DNA from: Nitrosopumilus sp.
GTDB taxonomy: Archaea; Thermoproteota; Nitrososphaeria; Nitrososphaerales; Nitrosopumilaceae
NCBI GenBank assembly: GCA_965205215.1
Contig: OZ242041.1
Span: forward strand, 1,216,001-1,280,000
Direction: 5' to 3'
DNA length: 64,000 nucleotides
Under the pieces are notes generated by a model. That model saw only the letters and a program-made list of their open reading frames with translations. It did no database searches and was not told the DNA's origin. The translations under genes and the position numbers were made by a program. Position 1 is the first letter of the stretch. The number at the start of each line of letters is the position of its first letter. Positions 1 through 9,328 of the stretch are shown here, piece by piece.

Positions 1-2
1 GC

Positions 3-3000
3 GTGGCCGTCTTTGAGAGGGGCGGCGACACCTACGCGATAGTCGCCGCGGCCGTCGACGACGGCGTCCAGGTGATAGACGTCACAGACCCGAACCGGCC
101 CGCGGCGGCCGGCAGCATCCCGGACGGCCCCGAACTGGAGCTTGACGGCGCCTCCGGCGTGGCCGTCTTTGAGAGGGGCGGCAGCACCTACGCGATAGTC
201 GCCGCGTACGGCGACGACGGCGTCCAGGTGATAGACGTCACAGACCCGAACCGGCCCGCGGCGGCCGGCAGCATCTCGGAGAGCCGCCACCACCACCTCT
301 ATCATCCGACAGACGTGGCCGTCTTTGAGAGGGGCGGCAGCACCTACGCGATCGTCGCGGCTTACTACGACGACGGCGTCCAGGTGATAAACGTCACCGA
401 TCCCTACAACCCGGCCGCCGCCGGTAAGCAGGGATACGACGACAGCAGCCTTGACGGCCTGTCCGGCGTCACCGCCTTTGAGGACGGCGGCCGGACCTAC
501 GCGATCATCACGCAGACCCTGCGCGACGGCATCCGGATAGTGGACGTCACCAACCCGTCAGGGCCGGTCCTCCGGAATGTCATCTACGACAACGAGATTC
601 TCAGGCTCAACGGCGCCAGCGACGCGGCCACCTTCAGGGCGGGCGGCAGCACCTACGCGATAGTCGCGGCCAGCTATGATGACGGGGCCCAGATCATACC
701 CGTGGCCGTGACTGCCGCGGCGCGGGCGCCGCCGACCATTGCACTCAACGGGGCCTCGCCCGACAGGATAGAGGCCGGCTCGGCCTACGCCGACGCCGGC
801 GCCTCCTGCACCGACGATATCGACGGCGACCTCACCGACCTGGTGCAGGCCATATCAGACGTCAATGCCGCCGTCCCCGGCAACTATACGGTCACCTATT
901 CGTGCTCCGACTCGGTAGGCAGCACGGCGACGGCCGTCCGGGAGGTTGTGGTGGAGGACACCCGGCCGCCCACCCTCCTGTCGGCCGCCTACGTCATATA
1001 TGACGGCACCCTCCAGATGAACTTCAGCGAGCCGCTCAGCCCGGCGGTCCACTGGGATCGCCTGCACGTCCGCGATACGGGAGGGTCGTCCGGCGGCGTC
1101 ACCCTGGATGGCGCCCCCGGGTCGGTCCACGGCGCCACGCTGACAGCGACGCTTTCGGCCTCCCAGATGGGCGCCGTCGGCAACCTGACTGCGCCGCAGC
1201 TTGACATCGGCCGGGGCGCCGTCGCCGACCTGTATGGGAACGGCATCGCCGCGGCGCCCGACAGGGCCATTGCACTGCACGATCGCAACCTGCCCCCGAC
1301 CGTCGAGGCCGGCCCCGACCAGACCGTCTACGGGGGGCAGGACGCCGCCCTGAACGGTACGGCCTCGGACCCCGACGGCGATTCGATGACCTACCTGTGG
1401 ACCCACGACCGGCCAGACCTGGGCATAACCCTGGCCGACCCGGCCGCCCCGTCCACCACCTTTGCCGCCCCCCAGGTTGGCTCCAACGCCACCGTCACCT
1501 TTACGCTGGCCGCCACCGATGCCCACAACGCCACCTCCACAGACCGGGTCACCGTCACCGTCGCCCGCCTCAACGGCCTGCCGACCGTCGAGGCCGGCCC
1601 CGACCAGAACGCCTACATGGGACAGGCCGTCGCCCTGACCGGGACTGCCTCGGACCCCGACGGCGATTCGATGACCTACCTGTGGACCCACGACCGGCCC
1701 GACCTGGCGATCACCCTGGCCAACGCCACCTCCACATCTGCCACCCTCACCGCCCACCGGGTCCCCTCGGACACCACCATATCCGTCACGCTGACCGCCC
1801 ACGACGGCGCCGCGTCCTCCTCCGACTCACTGAACGTCACCATACGCTACGTCAACACCACCGTCGTCTGGACGCCGGATCAGGCGCCCGGCCGCTACGG
1901 CATAAGCAGGATTGCCCTGACCGGCACCACGCCCGGAACCATCCAGGCCACCTGGGACGAGCCCACCCGGGAGCCCTTCAAATACCGGATATCCTGGGCC
2001 AAGGTGGACGAGCCCTACAGGAGCTATACGGCCCCGTCGGGCAACGCCTTCCCCACCACCACATCCCACACGATTACCGGCCTGGAGGAGGGGCATACCT
2101 ACAAGGTGAATATGCGCGCCGACTACAACGGCTACGCCGGACCCTGGAGCGGCGACATCATCGTGGCCGTCGCGGGATCCGCCGCCAACAGCCCCCCGAC
2201 CGTCGAGGCCGGCCCCGACCAGACCGTGACCGGGGGGCAGAACGCCACCCTGGCCGGGACCGCCTCTGACCCGGACGGCGATTCTATGACCTACCTGTGG
2301 ACCCACGACCGGCCAGGCCTGGGCATAACCCTGGCCGACCCGGCCGCCCCGTACACCACCTTTGCCGCCCCCCAGGTTGCCTCCAACGCCACCGTCACCT
2401 TCACGCTGGCCGCCACCGATGCCCACAACGCCACCGCCTCGGACACGACCACCGTCACCATAATGCCCGGGACACCTGAGCCTGTCGAGGCGCACGTGAT
2501 CAAGGCGCCCGACGCGCCCCAAAACCTCAGGGCCACCCCCGCCCACGACTCGGTGATCCTGGCCTGGGATCCGCCGGATGACGACTCGATCACCGGGTAC
2601 AGGGTCCTCTCGACAAGCCCGGCAAACCAGTCCCGCATGTCCGTGCTTGTGGCCCAGACCAACGGCACCGAGGCCTCCTATACCGTCACGGATCTCCGGC
2701 CGTCCACCGCCTACGTCTTCGGCGTGGCGGCCGTCAACGAGCACGGCGAGTCCGGCCCCTCCGAGCCTGTCATCGTCTACACCGCCGCGCCCGCACACAC
2801 CCACTTTGTCACCACCTGGGGGACGGCCGGGGCCAACGAGAGCATAACGATTCCGGTGGGCGGAGTCGCCGGCACATACACGGTCGACTGGGGCGACGGG
2901 ACCGTCTCGGCCAACGTCACGGGGAACCAGGTGCACGCGTACGGCACCCCCGGAACCCATACGGTCAGGATATACGGCGATTTTACCAGGATACACCTCA

Positions 3001-6000
3001 ACGAACTTTACCCCAACGTTGGCAAGCTGCAGTCGATAGAGCAGTGGGGCGACATCAGATGGGAGTCGATGAGCGGCGCGTTCGAGGGGGCGTCCAACAT
3101 GGTCTATCGCGCGACCGATGCCCCCGACCTCTCCGGCGTTACCGACACGTCCTGGATGTTCCGCGGCGCCACCTCCTTCGACGGCGACCTCTCCGCCTGG
3201 GACGTCTCCTCGGTGACCAACATGTACTATATGTTCCACGGCGCCACCTCCTTCAACGGCAACGTATCGACCTGGGACGTCTCCTCGGTGACCGACGCGG
3301 CCCACATGTTCTCCAGAGCCCACTCCTTCAACGCCGACATATCGGCCTGGAACGTCTCCTCGGTGACCGACATGCACGGCATGTTCTCCCAGGCCACCTC
3401 CTTCAACGGCGACATATCGGCCTGGAACGTCTCCTCGGTGACCGACACGCACTCGATGTTCCCCTTCGCCACCTCCTTCAACGGCAACATATCTGCCTGG
3501 GACGTCTCCTCGGTGACCGACATGAGAAACATGTTCTCCTATTCCACCTCCTTCAACGGCGACATATCTGCCTGGGACGTCTCCTCGGTGACCGACATGT
3601 CCTACATGTTCAACGAAGCCTCCTCCTTTGACGGCGACATATCGGCCTGGGACGTCTCCTCGGTGGCCGACATGTCCAGCATGTTCTCGGACGCCGACCG
3701 CTTCAACGGCAACATATCGGCCTGGGACGTCTCCTCGGTGACCGACATGTACAGGATGCTCGATGGCGCCTCCTCCTTCAACGGCGACATATCGGCCTGG
3801 AACGTCTCCTCGGTGGCCGACATGCGGCAGATGTTCTCCGGAGCCACCTCCTTTGACGGCGACATATCGGCCTGGGACGTCTCCTCGGTGACCGACATGT
3901 CCTACATGTTCTATGGCACCACTTCCTTCAACGGCGACATATCGGCCTGGGACGTCTCCTCGGTGGCCGACATGCGGCAGATGTTCGACGGCGCAGACGC
4001 CTTTGATCAAAACCTGGGAAACTGGTACATGGTGCTTGACGATCTGCAGGTTGACGGCGCCGACGGGTCGGTCGGGGTGATATCCGCACAAAACGCATTC
4101 CTTGCAACCCAGGGGCCGGTGTACGGGATGGGCCCGGGCGGGGACTCGGACTCCTTTGAGATAGTCAACGGCTCCACCCTGAGGCTCAAGGCGCCCCTGG
4201 GTGACAACCCGGCAAGAAGCTCGTATGCGGTGACCGTAACATCCGCCGGCGGCTTCGGCACCGGCAACTCCCGCACGTTCGAGATCGCGGCCGCAGAAGG
4301 CTACAACGCCCCGCCGGTCGTCGAGGCCGGGGCCGACCAGACCGTCCGGGAAGGCGACACGGTGACCCTCTCCGGAACGGCCTCCGATGACGACAGAGAC
4401 GGCACCGACACCCTGACCTACCTGTGGTCCCACGACTCGAGCCTGGACATAGCCTTCGCCAACTCGACGGCGCCCTACACCACCCTTACCGCCCCGGAGG
4501 TCCCCTCCGACACCACCGTCACCATAACGCTGACTGCCGACGACGGCACCCACGCCTCCTCGGACACGCTGGCCCTGACCGTCACCGACACCGCCCCCGT
4601 CTCCGACGCCCTGCAGCCCTCCGCCTTTGTCACCACCTGGCAGACGACCGCCGCCAACGAGCCGATAACCATCCCGGTGGGAGGCGCCGCCGGCACATAC
4701 ACGGTGGACTGGGGAGACGGCACCGTCTCCGCCGATGTAACCGGCGACCAGACCCACACGTACCATGCCGCCGGGACATACACGGTCAGCATATCCGGGG
4801 ACTTTGCAAGAATCCATCTCAACGGGGACGCCAACGCCGCGAAACTGCGGTCCATAGACCAGTGGGGCGCCGCGGAGTGGGAGTCGATGGAGCTTGCGTT
4901 CAAGGGAGCGTCGTCGATGGTGTACCGCGCCACCGACTCGCCCGACCTGTCAGGTGTCACCAGCATGCGCCACATGTTCCACGGCGCCTCCTCCTTTGAC
5001 GGCGACCTCTCCTCCTGGGACGTCTCGTCCGTCACCAACATGATCGGGGCGTTCCGGGACGCGGCCACCTTTGACGGAGACATATCCTCCTGGGACGTCT
5101 CGGGCGCCAACGACATGCGCCGCATGTTCCACGGCGCCTCCTCCTTCAACCAGGACCTCTCCTCCTGGGACGTCTCGGGCGCCATCGCCATGACCGGGAT
5201 GTTCTATGGCGCCTCCTCCTTCAACGGGGACGTATCCTCCTGGGACGTCTCGTCCGTCACCGACACGCGCTACATGTTCCGGGACGCGGCCTCCTTCAAC
5301 CAGGACCTCTCCTCCTGGGACGTCTCGTCCGTCGCCACCATGGTTGACATGTTCTACGGCGCCTCCTCCTTTGACGGCGACATATCCTCCTGGGACGTCT
5401 CGTCCGTCGCCACCATGGCGGGCATGTTCTACGGCGCCTCCTCCTTTGACGGCGACATATCCTCCTGGGACGTCTCGTCCGTCGCCAGCACGGCCGACAT
5501 GTTCCGCGGCGCCTCCTCCTTCAACGGCGACCTCTCCTCCTGGGACGTCTCGGGCGCCACCGACATGGGCGACATGTTCCGCCAGGCAGGCAGCTTTGCC
5601 CGGAACCTGGGCAGCTGGTACATCACCCTGGATGACACCGCCATATCGTCGGCCGGCGAGACCCTGGCCATATCGGCGCAGAACGCCTACTTGGACGGCC
5701 AGAACCCGGACTACTCGGTCGCCGACGCCCGCTTCGCGGTGGCAGGCGGGGCCCTGGCCATCAACCCCGGCCAGGCCCCGCAGCCGGGCTCCTACAACGT
5801 CACCATCGCCTCCGCCGGCGGCTTCGGCACGGGCAACTCCAGGGTGGTGGAGATAACAGTGGACCTGGGGCAGGCCGTCCGCCCCCCCGAGGCGGTCGAG
5901 CCCGCCGCCAACCAGACCGGCCAGGACGACCCGCCGGCCAACCGCCCCCCGGCCGTCCAGGCCGGCCCCGACCTGACCGCCGCCGAGGGCTCCACCGTCA

Positions 6001-6845
6001 CCCTGTCCGGAACGGCCTCCGACCCCGACGGCGACGCCCTGTCCTACCTTTGGGCCCACGACTCCCAGACGCCCATCAGCCTAGACGGCCCCGCCACGCT
6101 CTCCCCGTCGTTCACCGCCCCGCAGGTCTCCTCCAACACCACAATCACCATAACGCTGACCGCCACCGACGCCCGCAACGCCACCGCGACCGACTCGCTG
6201 ACGGTCACCGTCACCGACGCCCCGCAGCCCGGTTCCACGCCGCCGGACGCCCCGCAGAACCTCCAGGCCGCCTCCACCACCAACACCACCATAACCCTGA
6301 CCTGGGACCCCGCCGGCGACGACTCGATCACCGGGTACAAGATACTCTCCAGGACGCCCCACACCCAGACCGAGCTCTCCGTACTGGTCGATGACACCGG
6401 CTCGTCGGACGCCTCCTACGTGGCAGAGGGTCTCGACCCCGATACCGTCTACGTCTTCCGCGTGATAGCCGTCAACGAGCACGGCGAGTCGGACCGCTCC
6501 AACTTCGTCAGGCTCTCCACCAACGTCACCGACGCCCCGCAGCCCGACTCAACGCCGCCGGACGCCCCGCAGAACCTCCAGGCCGCCTCCACCACCAACA
6601 CCACCATAACCCTGACCTGGGACCCCGCCGGCGACGACTCGATCACCGGGTACAAGATACTCTCCAGGACGCCCCACACCCAGACCGAGCTCTCCGTACT
6701 GGTCGATGACACCGGCTCGTCGGACGCCTCCTACGTGGCAGAGGGTCTCGACCCCGATACCGTCTACGTCTTCCGCGTGATAGCCGTCAACGAGCACGGC
6801 GAGTCGGACCGCTCCAACTTCGTCAGGCTCTCCACCCTGCCGTAG
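3..6845 (+). CDS. Giant modular surface protein (5'-truncated): LVIVD-like propeller repeats, DUF5011-like Ig, PKD-like domains, FN3, two DUF285/BspA-like repeat blocks
   Basis: 2280-aa open frame from the window edge. It contains repeats 'DDGVQVIDVTDP', 'PTVEAGPDQ..L.GTASDPDGD.MTYLW', 'FNGDISAWDVSSVTDM..MF' and FN3 'PDAPQNL..LTWD..Y.FRV.AVN'. Confidence 0.92.
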   Translation: MAVFERGGDTYAIVAAAVDDGVQVIDVTDPNRPAAAGSIPDGPELELDGASGVAVFERGGSTYAIVAAYGDDGVQVIDVTDPNRPAAAGSISESRHHHLYHPTDVAVFERGGSTYAIVAAYYDDGVQVINVTDPYNPAAAGKQGYDDSSLDGLSGVTAFEDGGRTYAIITQTLRDGIRIVDVTNPSGPVLRNVIYDNEILRLNGASDAATFRAGGSTYAIVAASYDDGAQIIPVAVTAAARAPPTIALNGASPDRIEAGSAYADAGASCTDDIDGDLTDLVQAISDVNAAVPGNYTVTYSCSDSVGSTATAVREVVVEDTRPPTLLSAAYVIYDGTLQMNFSEPLSPAVHWDRLHVRDTGGSSGGVTLDGAPGSVHGATLTATLSASQMGAVGNLTAPQLDIGRGAVADLYGNGIAAAPDRAIALHDRNLPPTVEAGPDQTVYGGQDAALNGTASDPDGDSMTYLWTHDRPDLGITLADPAAPSTTFAAPQVGSNATVTFTLAATDAHNATSTDRVTVTVARLNGLPTVEAGPDQNAYMGQAVALTGTASDPDGDSMTYLWTHDRPDLAITLANATSTSATLTAHRVPSDTTISVTLTAHDGAASSSDSLNVTIRYVNTTVVWTPDQAPGRYGISRIALTGTTPGTIQATWDEPTREPFKYRISWAKVDEPYRSYTAPSGNAFPTTTSHTITGLEEGHTYKVNMRADYNGYAGPWSGDIIVAVAGSAANSPPTVEAGPDQTVTGGQNATLAGTASDPDGDSMTYLWTHDRPGLGITLADPAAPYTTFAAPQVASNATVTFTLAATDAHNATASDTTTVTIMPGTPEPVEAHVIKAPDAPQNLRATPAHDSVILAWDPPDDDSITGYRVLSTSPANQSRMSVLVAQTNGTEASYTVTDLRPSTAYVFGVAAVNEHGESGPSEPVIVYTAAPAHTHFVTTWGTAGANESITIPVGGVAGTYTVDWGDGTVSANVTGNQVHAYGTPGTHTVRIYGDFTRIHLNELYPNVGKLQSIEQWGDIRWESMSGAFEGASNMVYRATDAPDLSGVTDTSWMFRGATSFDGDLSAWDVSSVTNMYYMFHGATSFNGNVSTWDVSSVTDAAHMFSRAHSFNADISAWNVSSVTDMHGMFSQATSFNGDISAWNVSSVTDTHSMFPFATSFNGNISAWDVSSVTDMRNMFSYSTSFNGDISAWDVSSVTDMSYMFNEASSFDGDISAWDVSSVADMSSMFSDADRFNGNISAWDVSSVTDMYRMLDGASSFNGDISAWNVSSVADMRQMFSGATSFDGDISAWDVSSVTDMSYMFYGTTSFNGDISAWDVSSVADMRQMFDGADAFDQNLGNWYMVLDDLQVDGADGSVGVISAQNAFLATQGPVYGMGPGGDSDSFEIVNGSTLRLKAPLGDNPARSSYAVTVTSAGGFGTGNSRTFEIAAAEGYNAPPVVEAGADQTVREGDTVTLSGTASDDDRDGTDTLTYLWSHDSSLDIAFANSTAPYTTLTAPEVPSDTTVTITLTADDGTHASSDTLALTVTDTAPVSDALQPSAFVTTWQTTAANEPITIPVGGAAGTYTVDWGDGTVSADVTGDQTHTYHAAGTYTVSISGDFARIHLNGDANAAKLRSIDQWGAAEWESMELAFKGASSMVYRATDSPDLSGVTSMRHMFHGASSFDGDLSSWDVSSVTNMIGAFRDAATFDGDISSWDVSGANDMRRMFHGASSFNQDLSSWDVSGAIAMTGMFYGASSFNGDVSSWDVSSVTDTRYMFRDAASFNQDLSSWDVSSVATMVDMFYGASSFDGDISSWDVSSVATMAGMFYGASSFDGDISSWDVSSVASTADMFRGASSFNGDLSSWDVSGATDMGDMFRQAGSFARNLGSWYITLDDTAISSAGETLAISAQNAYLDGQNPDYSVADARFAVAGGALAINPGQAPQPGSYNVTIASAGGFGTGNSRVVEITVDLGQAVRPPEAVEPAANQTGQDDPPANRPPAVQAGPDLTAAEGSTVTLSGTASDPDGDALSYLWAHDSQTPISLDGPATLSPSFTAPQVSSNTTITITLTATDARNATATDSLTVTVTDAPQPGSTPPDAPQNLQAASTTNTTITLTWDPAGDDSITGYKILSRTPHTQTELSVLVDDTGSSDASYVAEGLDPDTVYVFRVIAVNEHGESDRSNFVRLSTNVTDAPQPDSTPPDAPQNLQAASTTNTTITLTWDPAGDDSITGYKILSRTPHTQTELSVLVDDTGSSDASYVAEGLDPDTVYVFRVIAVNEHGESDRSNFVRLSTLP
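3120..4020 (+). repeat. DUF285 75-bp (25-aa) tandem repeat block 1
   Basis: Recurring ttcaacggcgacatatcggcctgggacgtctcctcggtgaccgacatg at a 75-bp period; boundaries approximate. Confidence 0.9.
4940..5610 (+). repeat. DUF285 75-bp tandem repeat block 2
   Basis: Recurring tcctcctgggacgtctcg...atgttc at a 75-bp period; boundaries approximate. Confidence 0.9.
6210..6836 (+). repeat. Near-identical 315-bp tandem duplication of the C-terminal FN3 domain
   Basis: gtcaccgacgccccgcagccc starts at 6210 and 6525, and the downstream sequence is essentially identical to ...ctctccacc. Confidence 0.95.
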
Positions 6846-7140
6846 GGGGGTTCTAGCGCGTTAGTGGCGGGCGGCGACGGCGACGGCGGTGGTGGTGGTG
6901 CGCCCGGTGCCGGGATCACTCTGCGGTGGACACGGCAACGCGACGGCAGGAACAAACTGCGGCAGTTAACCGGACGGAATCATAGAGCCTGTTGATTCTT
7001 TCCGGGCAAGTGCGTCGCCGGTGGGGCATGCCTGTATCGCGGCCGGGGTACGCGGACGCGCCGGCCTTGCACATGATGGCCTGCCGCCGGGGCGCGGATG
7101 ACGGCGTCCGGCCGGCGTCCTGAAAAGCGCGGACGCGCGG

Positions 7141-8733
7141 TCACGTCGCCGCGCCACCGCCACCGCCACCGCCACCGCCACCGCCACCGCCACCACTACC
7201 GCCACCACCCCGCACGTCCTGCAGCCCGCGCGCGACCCTGTCCGGCGCGCCCATGCCGCCGCTTGCCATGACGATCCGGAACATGTCCGCCATGTCTGCC
7301 GCCATCTTCCTGAACGCGTCCTGCACCTCCTGCGCCCCGCGGGAAACGGACTGATCGTCACTGCCGCCTCCCGGGAGCCCGTCCCGGCCAAACGCCGCCC
7401 CGTTTCCGGGCCGGGGGAGGACCGAAACCGAGTCCAGATATTTCTCAAAGCCGCTGAACACGTTGATCCTCCACGACGCCTTGGCGTACTCTGCGCGCAG
7501 CGTCTCTGGGTACAGCACGGCCTGCTTTTCGTACGAGTCGCGCGGGGCGTGCCCCAGCACGTGGTCTGCCGCGTACGGCGCGCACCCAGAGGCCAGCAGC
7601 GTGCTCTTCAGCAGGTCGCGCACCTCGTGCGAGCGCATCATGTACGTGTGCGGGGCGATCTTCTTCTGTATGCCGGCGTTGGCGGCCGCCGCGGAGAACT
7701 TTGAGGACACCCAGACGGGGCTGACCGGGGTGCCGCGCTGCGTTACGAACAGCGGCTCGTCCGCGCCGTGTTTTTTCCCGTATGTGGACTCCTTCCACGC
7801 CAGGCAGTCCCGCAGGTGGGTTACGGCGTCCCTGTCTATGAACGTGGTGTATGGCATGCCGGTCTTGACGCGGACCAGCCTGACCGGCACCGGGCACCGG
7901 TCCAGATCCCACGAGGAGCGGTCCTCCGTCCCAAAGTGCTTTACCATCTGCGGGTACGCCTCAAAGTTGAACCTGTCTGCCATGGTGCTCGAGTCAAGCC
8001 CCGCCTGGAACTTTGCCATCATCACGGCGCGCGCCGTGACGTCCATCCCGCCTGTCGTCATCACCTTGTAAAAGTCCATGAGGCTCATGCCGGAGTCGAT
8101 TGTAACGCCGCCATCGCCATCGCCGCCGCCGTTATGGCGCCTCCTGCCGATTTTTACGTCGACCGGCACGTCGTGCGCGGCAAAGTACGACTTTACGGCG
8201 GCGCACTTGAGCCTGGTCGTGTTTGCAGAGTAGCCTGCTCCGGCCAGCTCCGCCACGTACTGCCTGACTGCGCGGCGCGCGGCCTGCGCGCCGTTTGCCT
8301 CGCAAAATTTGAGCAGCTCCTCCACGTCTGAGAACGACCTGCCGCCTGCGCCCCCAGCCGGGAACTCGGCTCCGGGCAGCCACCTGTTGAACGCCCCGAG
8401 CTCTTCTGCGTACGTCTGCCTGGTGCCTCCCCTCTTCCTCCTCGCTCCGCCGACGTTCTTCAGCCTGGACGAGCCCAGCTGGCCAAGCCAGAACCTGGCG
8501 CTCTCTAGCTCCAGTATGCGGCAGCCGGGCTTTGCCTCCTGCAGTATGCCGCGGGAGCAGGCCCACTCGACGGCGCGCCCGGCCGCCCGGCCGCCCCCGG
8601 TCCCGGCCGCCACCCGGCCCGCCTCGACGTATCCGGCCGCCGGCAGCGATTCCAATATCGGTATGATGTCGCGTTCCGCCTCGTCCAGTTCCTTCCTGCC
8701 TGCGGTGCGCAGCACCTCGTAGTAGAGCACCAT
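7141..8733 (-). CDS. Tyrosine recombinase, paralog A
   Basis: SAM-like N-domain, then RVKTG, HEVR (HxxR), LGH and DSY catalytic-type motifs. A GGTGA SD precedes the ATG; the tail is Gly-rich. Confidence 0.88.
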   Translation of the reverse strand: MVLYYEVLRTAGRKELDEAERDIIPILESLPAAGYVEAGRVAAGTGGGRAAGRAVEWACSRGILQEAKPGCRILELESARFWLGQLGSSRLKNVGGARRKRGGTRQTYAEELGAFNRWLPGAEFPAGGAGGRSFSDVEELLKFCEANGAQAARRAVRQYVAELAGAGYSANTTRLKCAAVKSYFAAHDVPVDVKIGRRRHNGGGDGDGGVTIDSGMSLMDFYKVMTTGGMDVTARAVMMAKFQAGLDSSTMADRFNFEAYPQMVKHFGTEDRSSWDLDRCPVPVRLVRVKTGMPYTTFIDRDAVTHLRDCLAWKESTYGKKHGADEPLFVTQRGTPVSPVWVSSKFSAAAANAGIQKKIAPHTYMMRSHEVRDLLKSTLLASGCAPYAADHVLGHAPRDSYEKQAVLYPETLRAEYAKASWRINVFSGFEKYLDSVSVLPRPGNGAAFGRDGLPGGGSDDQSVSRGAQEVQDAFRKMAADMADMFRIVMASGGMGAPDRVARGLQDVRGGGGSGGGGGGGGGGGGGGAAT

Positions 8734-8749
8734 GGTTTGTCACCTGACT

Positions 8750-8851
8750 TTAGTATGTGATGCTCCTTACAGACGCCGCGGATCCGCCGGAATCCCTCTT
8801 CCCCCCGATACGGACGGTGCCAAACGGCGGGCAGACGCAAATGAAAAGCAT
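8750..8851 (-). CDS. Putative 33-aa upstream ORF / conserved leader of recombinase A
   Basis: MLFICVCPPFGTVRIGGKRDSGGSAASVRSITY*; same length and position as the ORF before paralog B. Confidence 0.35.
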   Translation of the reverse strand: MLFICVCPPFGTVRIGGKRDSGGSAASVRSITY

Positions 8852-8871
8852 GGGATACCTAGCGCTTTTGC

Positions 8872-8892
8872 TCTATTAACCCTGTTTCCCAA
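8872..8892 (-). promoter_or_regulatory. Putative BRE/TATA for the recombinase A unit
   Basis: Minus strand gggaaacagggttaatag, about 25 nt upstream of the ATG at 8851; conserved before paralog B. Confidence 0.5.
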
Positions 8893-9328
8893 TCCTGCTT
8901 TTCCCGCCAAGATCGCGAAGAGTTGGGAACGCGGCGCGCCCGGGCGGCAAGGCCTGCTGATCGTATGGCGTCTGACGCCAGTGACATTCAAGGGGCGGGA
9001 GGAAGGGCGGCAGGGCGCGGGATCACTGCGGGCGCGCGTTCACGGGCCGCGCGCCGGTGGCGCACCGCGGTACGAGTCGCGTGCATGGTGGATGCGGGCC
9101 GCGCGCCATCGGGAGGCGGCAGGCACCACGGGGGGTACGGGAGGCGGCAGGCACCACGGGGGCGGGCGCAAGGGTGGGCCTCCCCGCGCCGTCACCTCCC
9201 CGCGCCCCGCCGAACACGCGCGCCGCCCCGTCTGGCACGTCCAGATCCCTGCCTGCCGGGAAGATCTGGAAGATGCGCATAGTGTTCTCCATCATCCTCT
9301 CGAACATGGCCCGCATGTCCTGCTGGCA

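Noticed and set aside
3120-5610. Diversity-generating retroelement
   Set aside because: No reverse transcriptase in the window, and variation is not adenine-specific TR/VR type.
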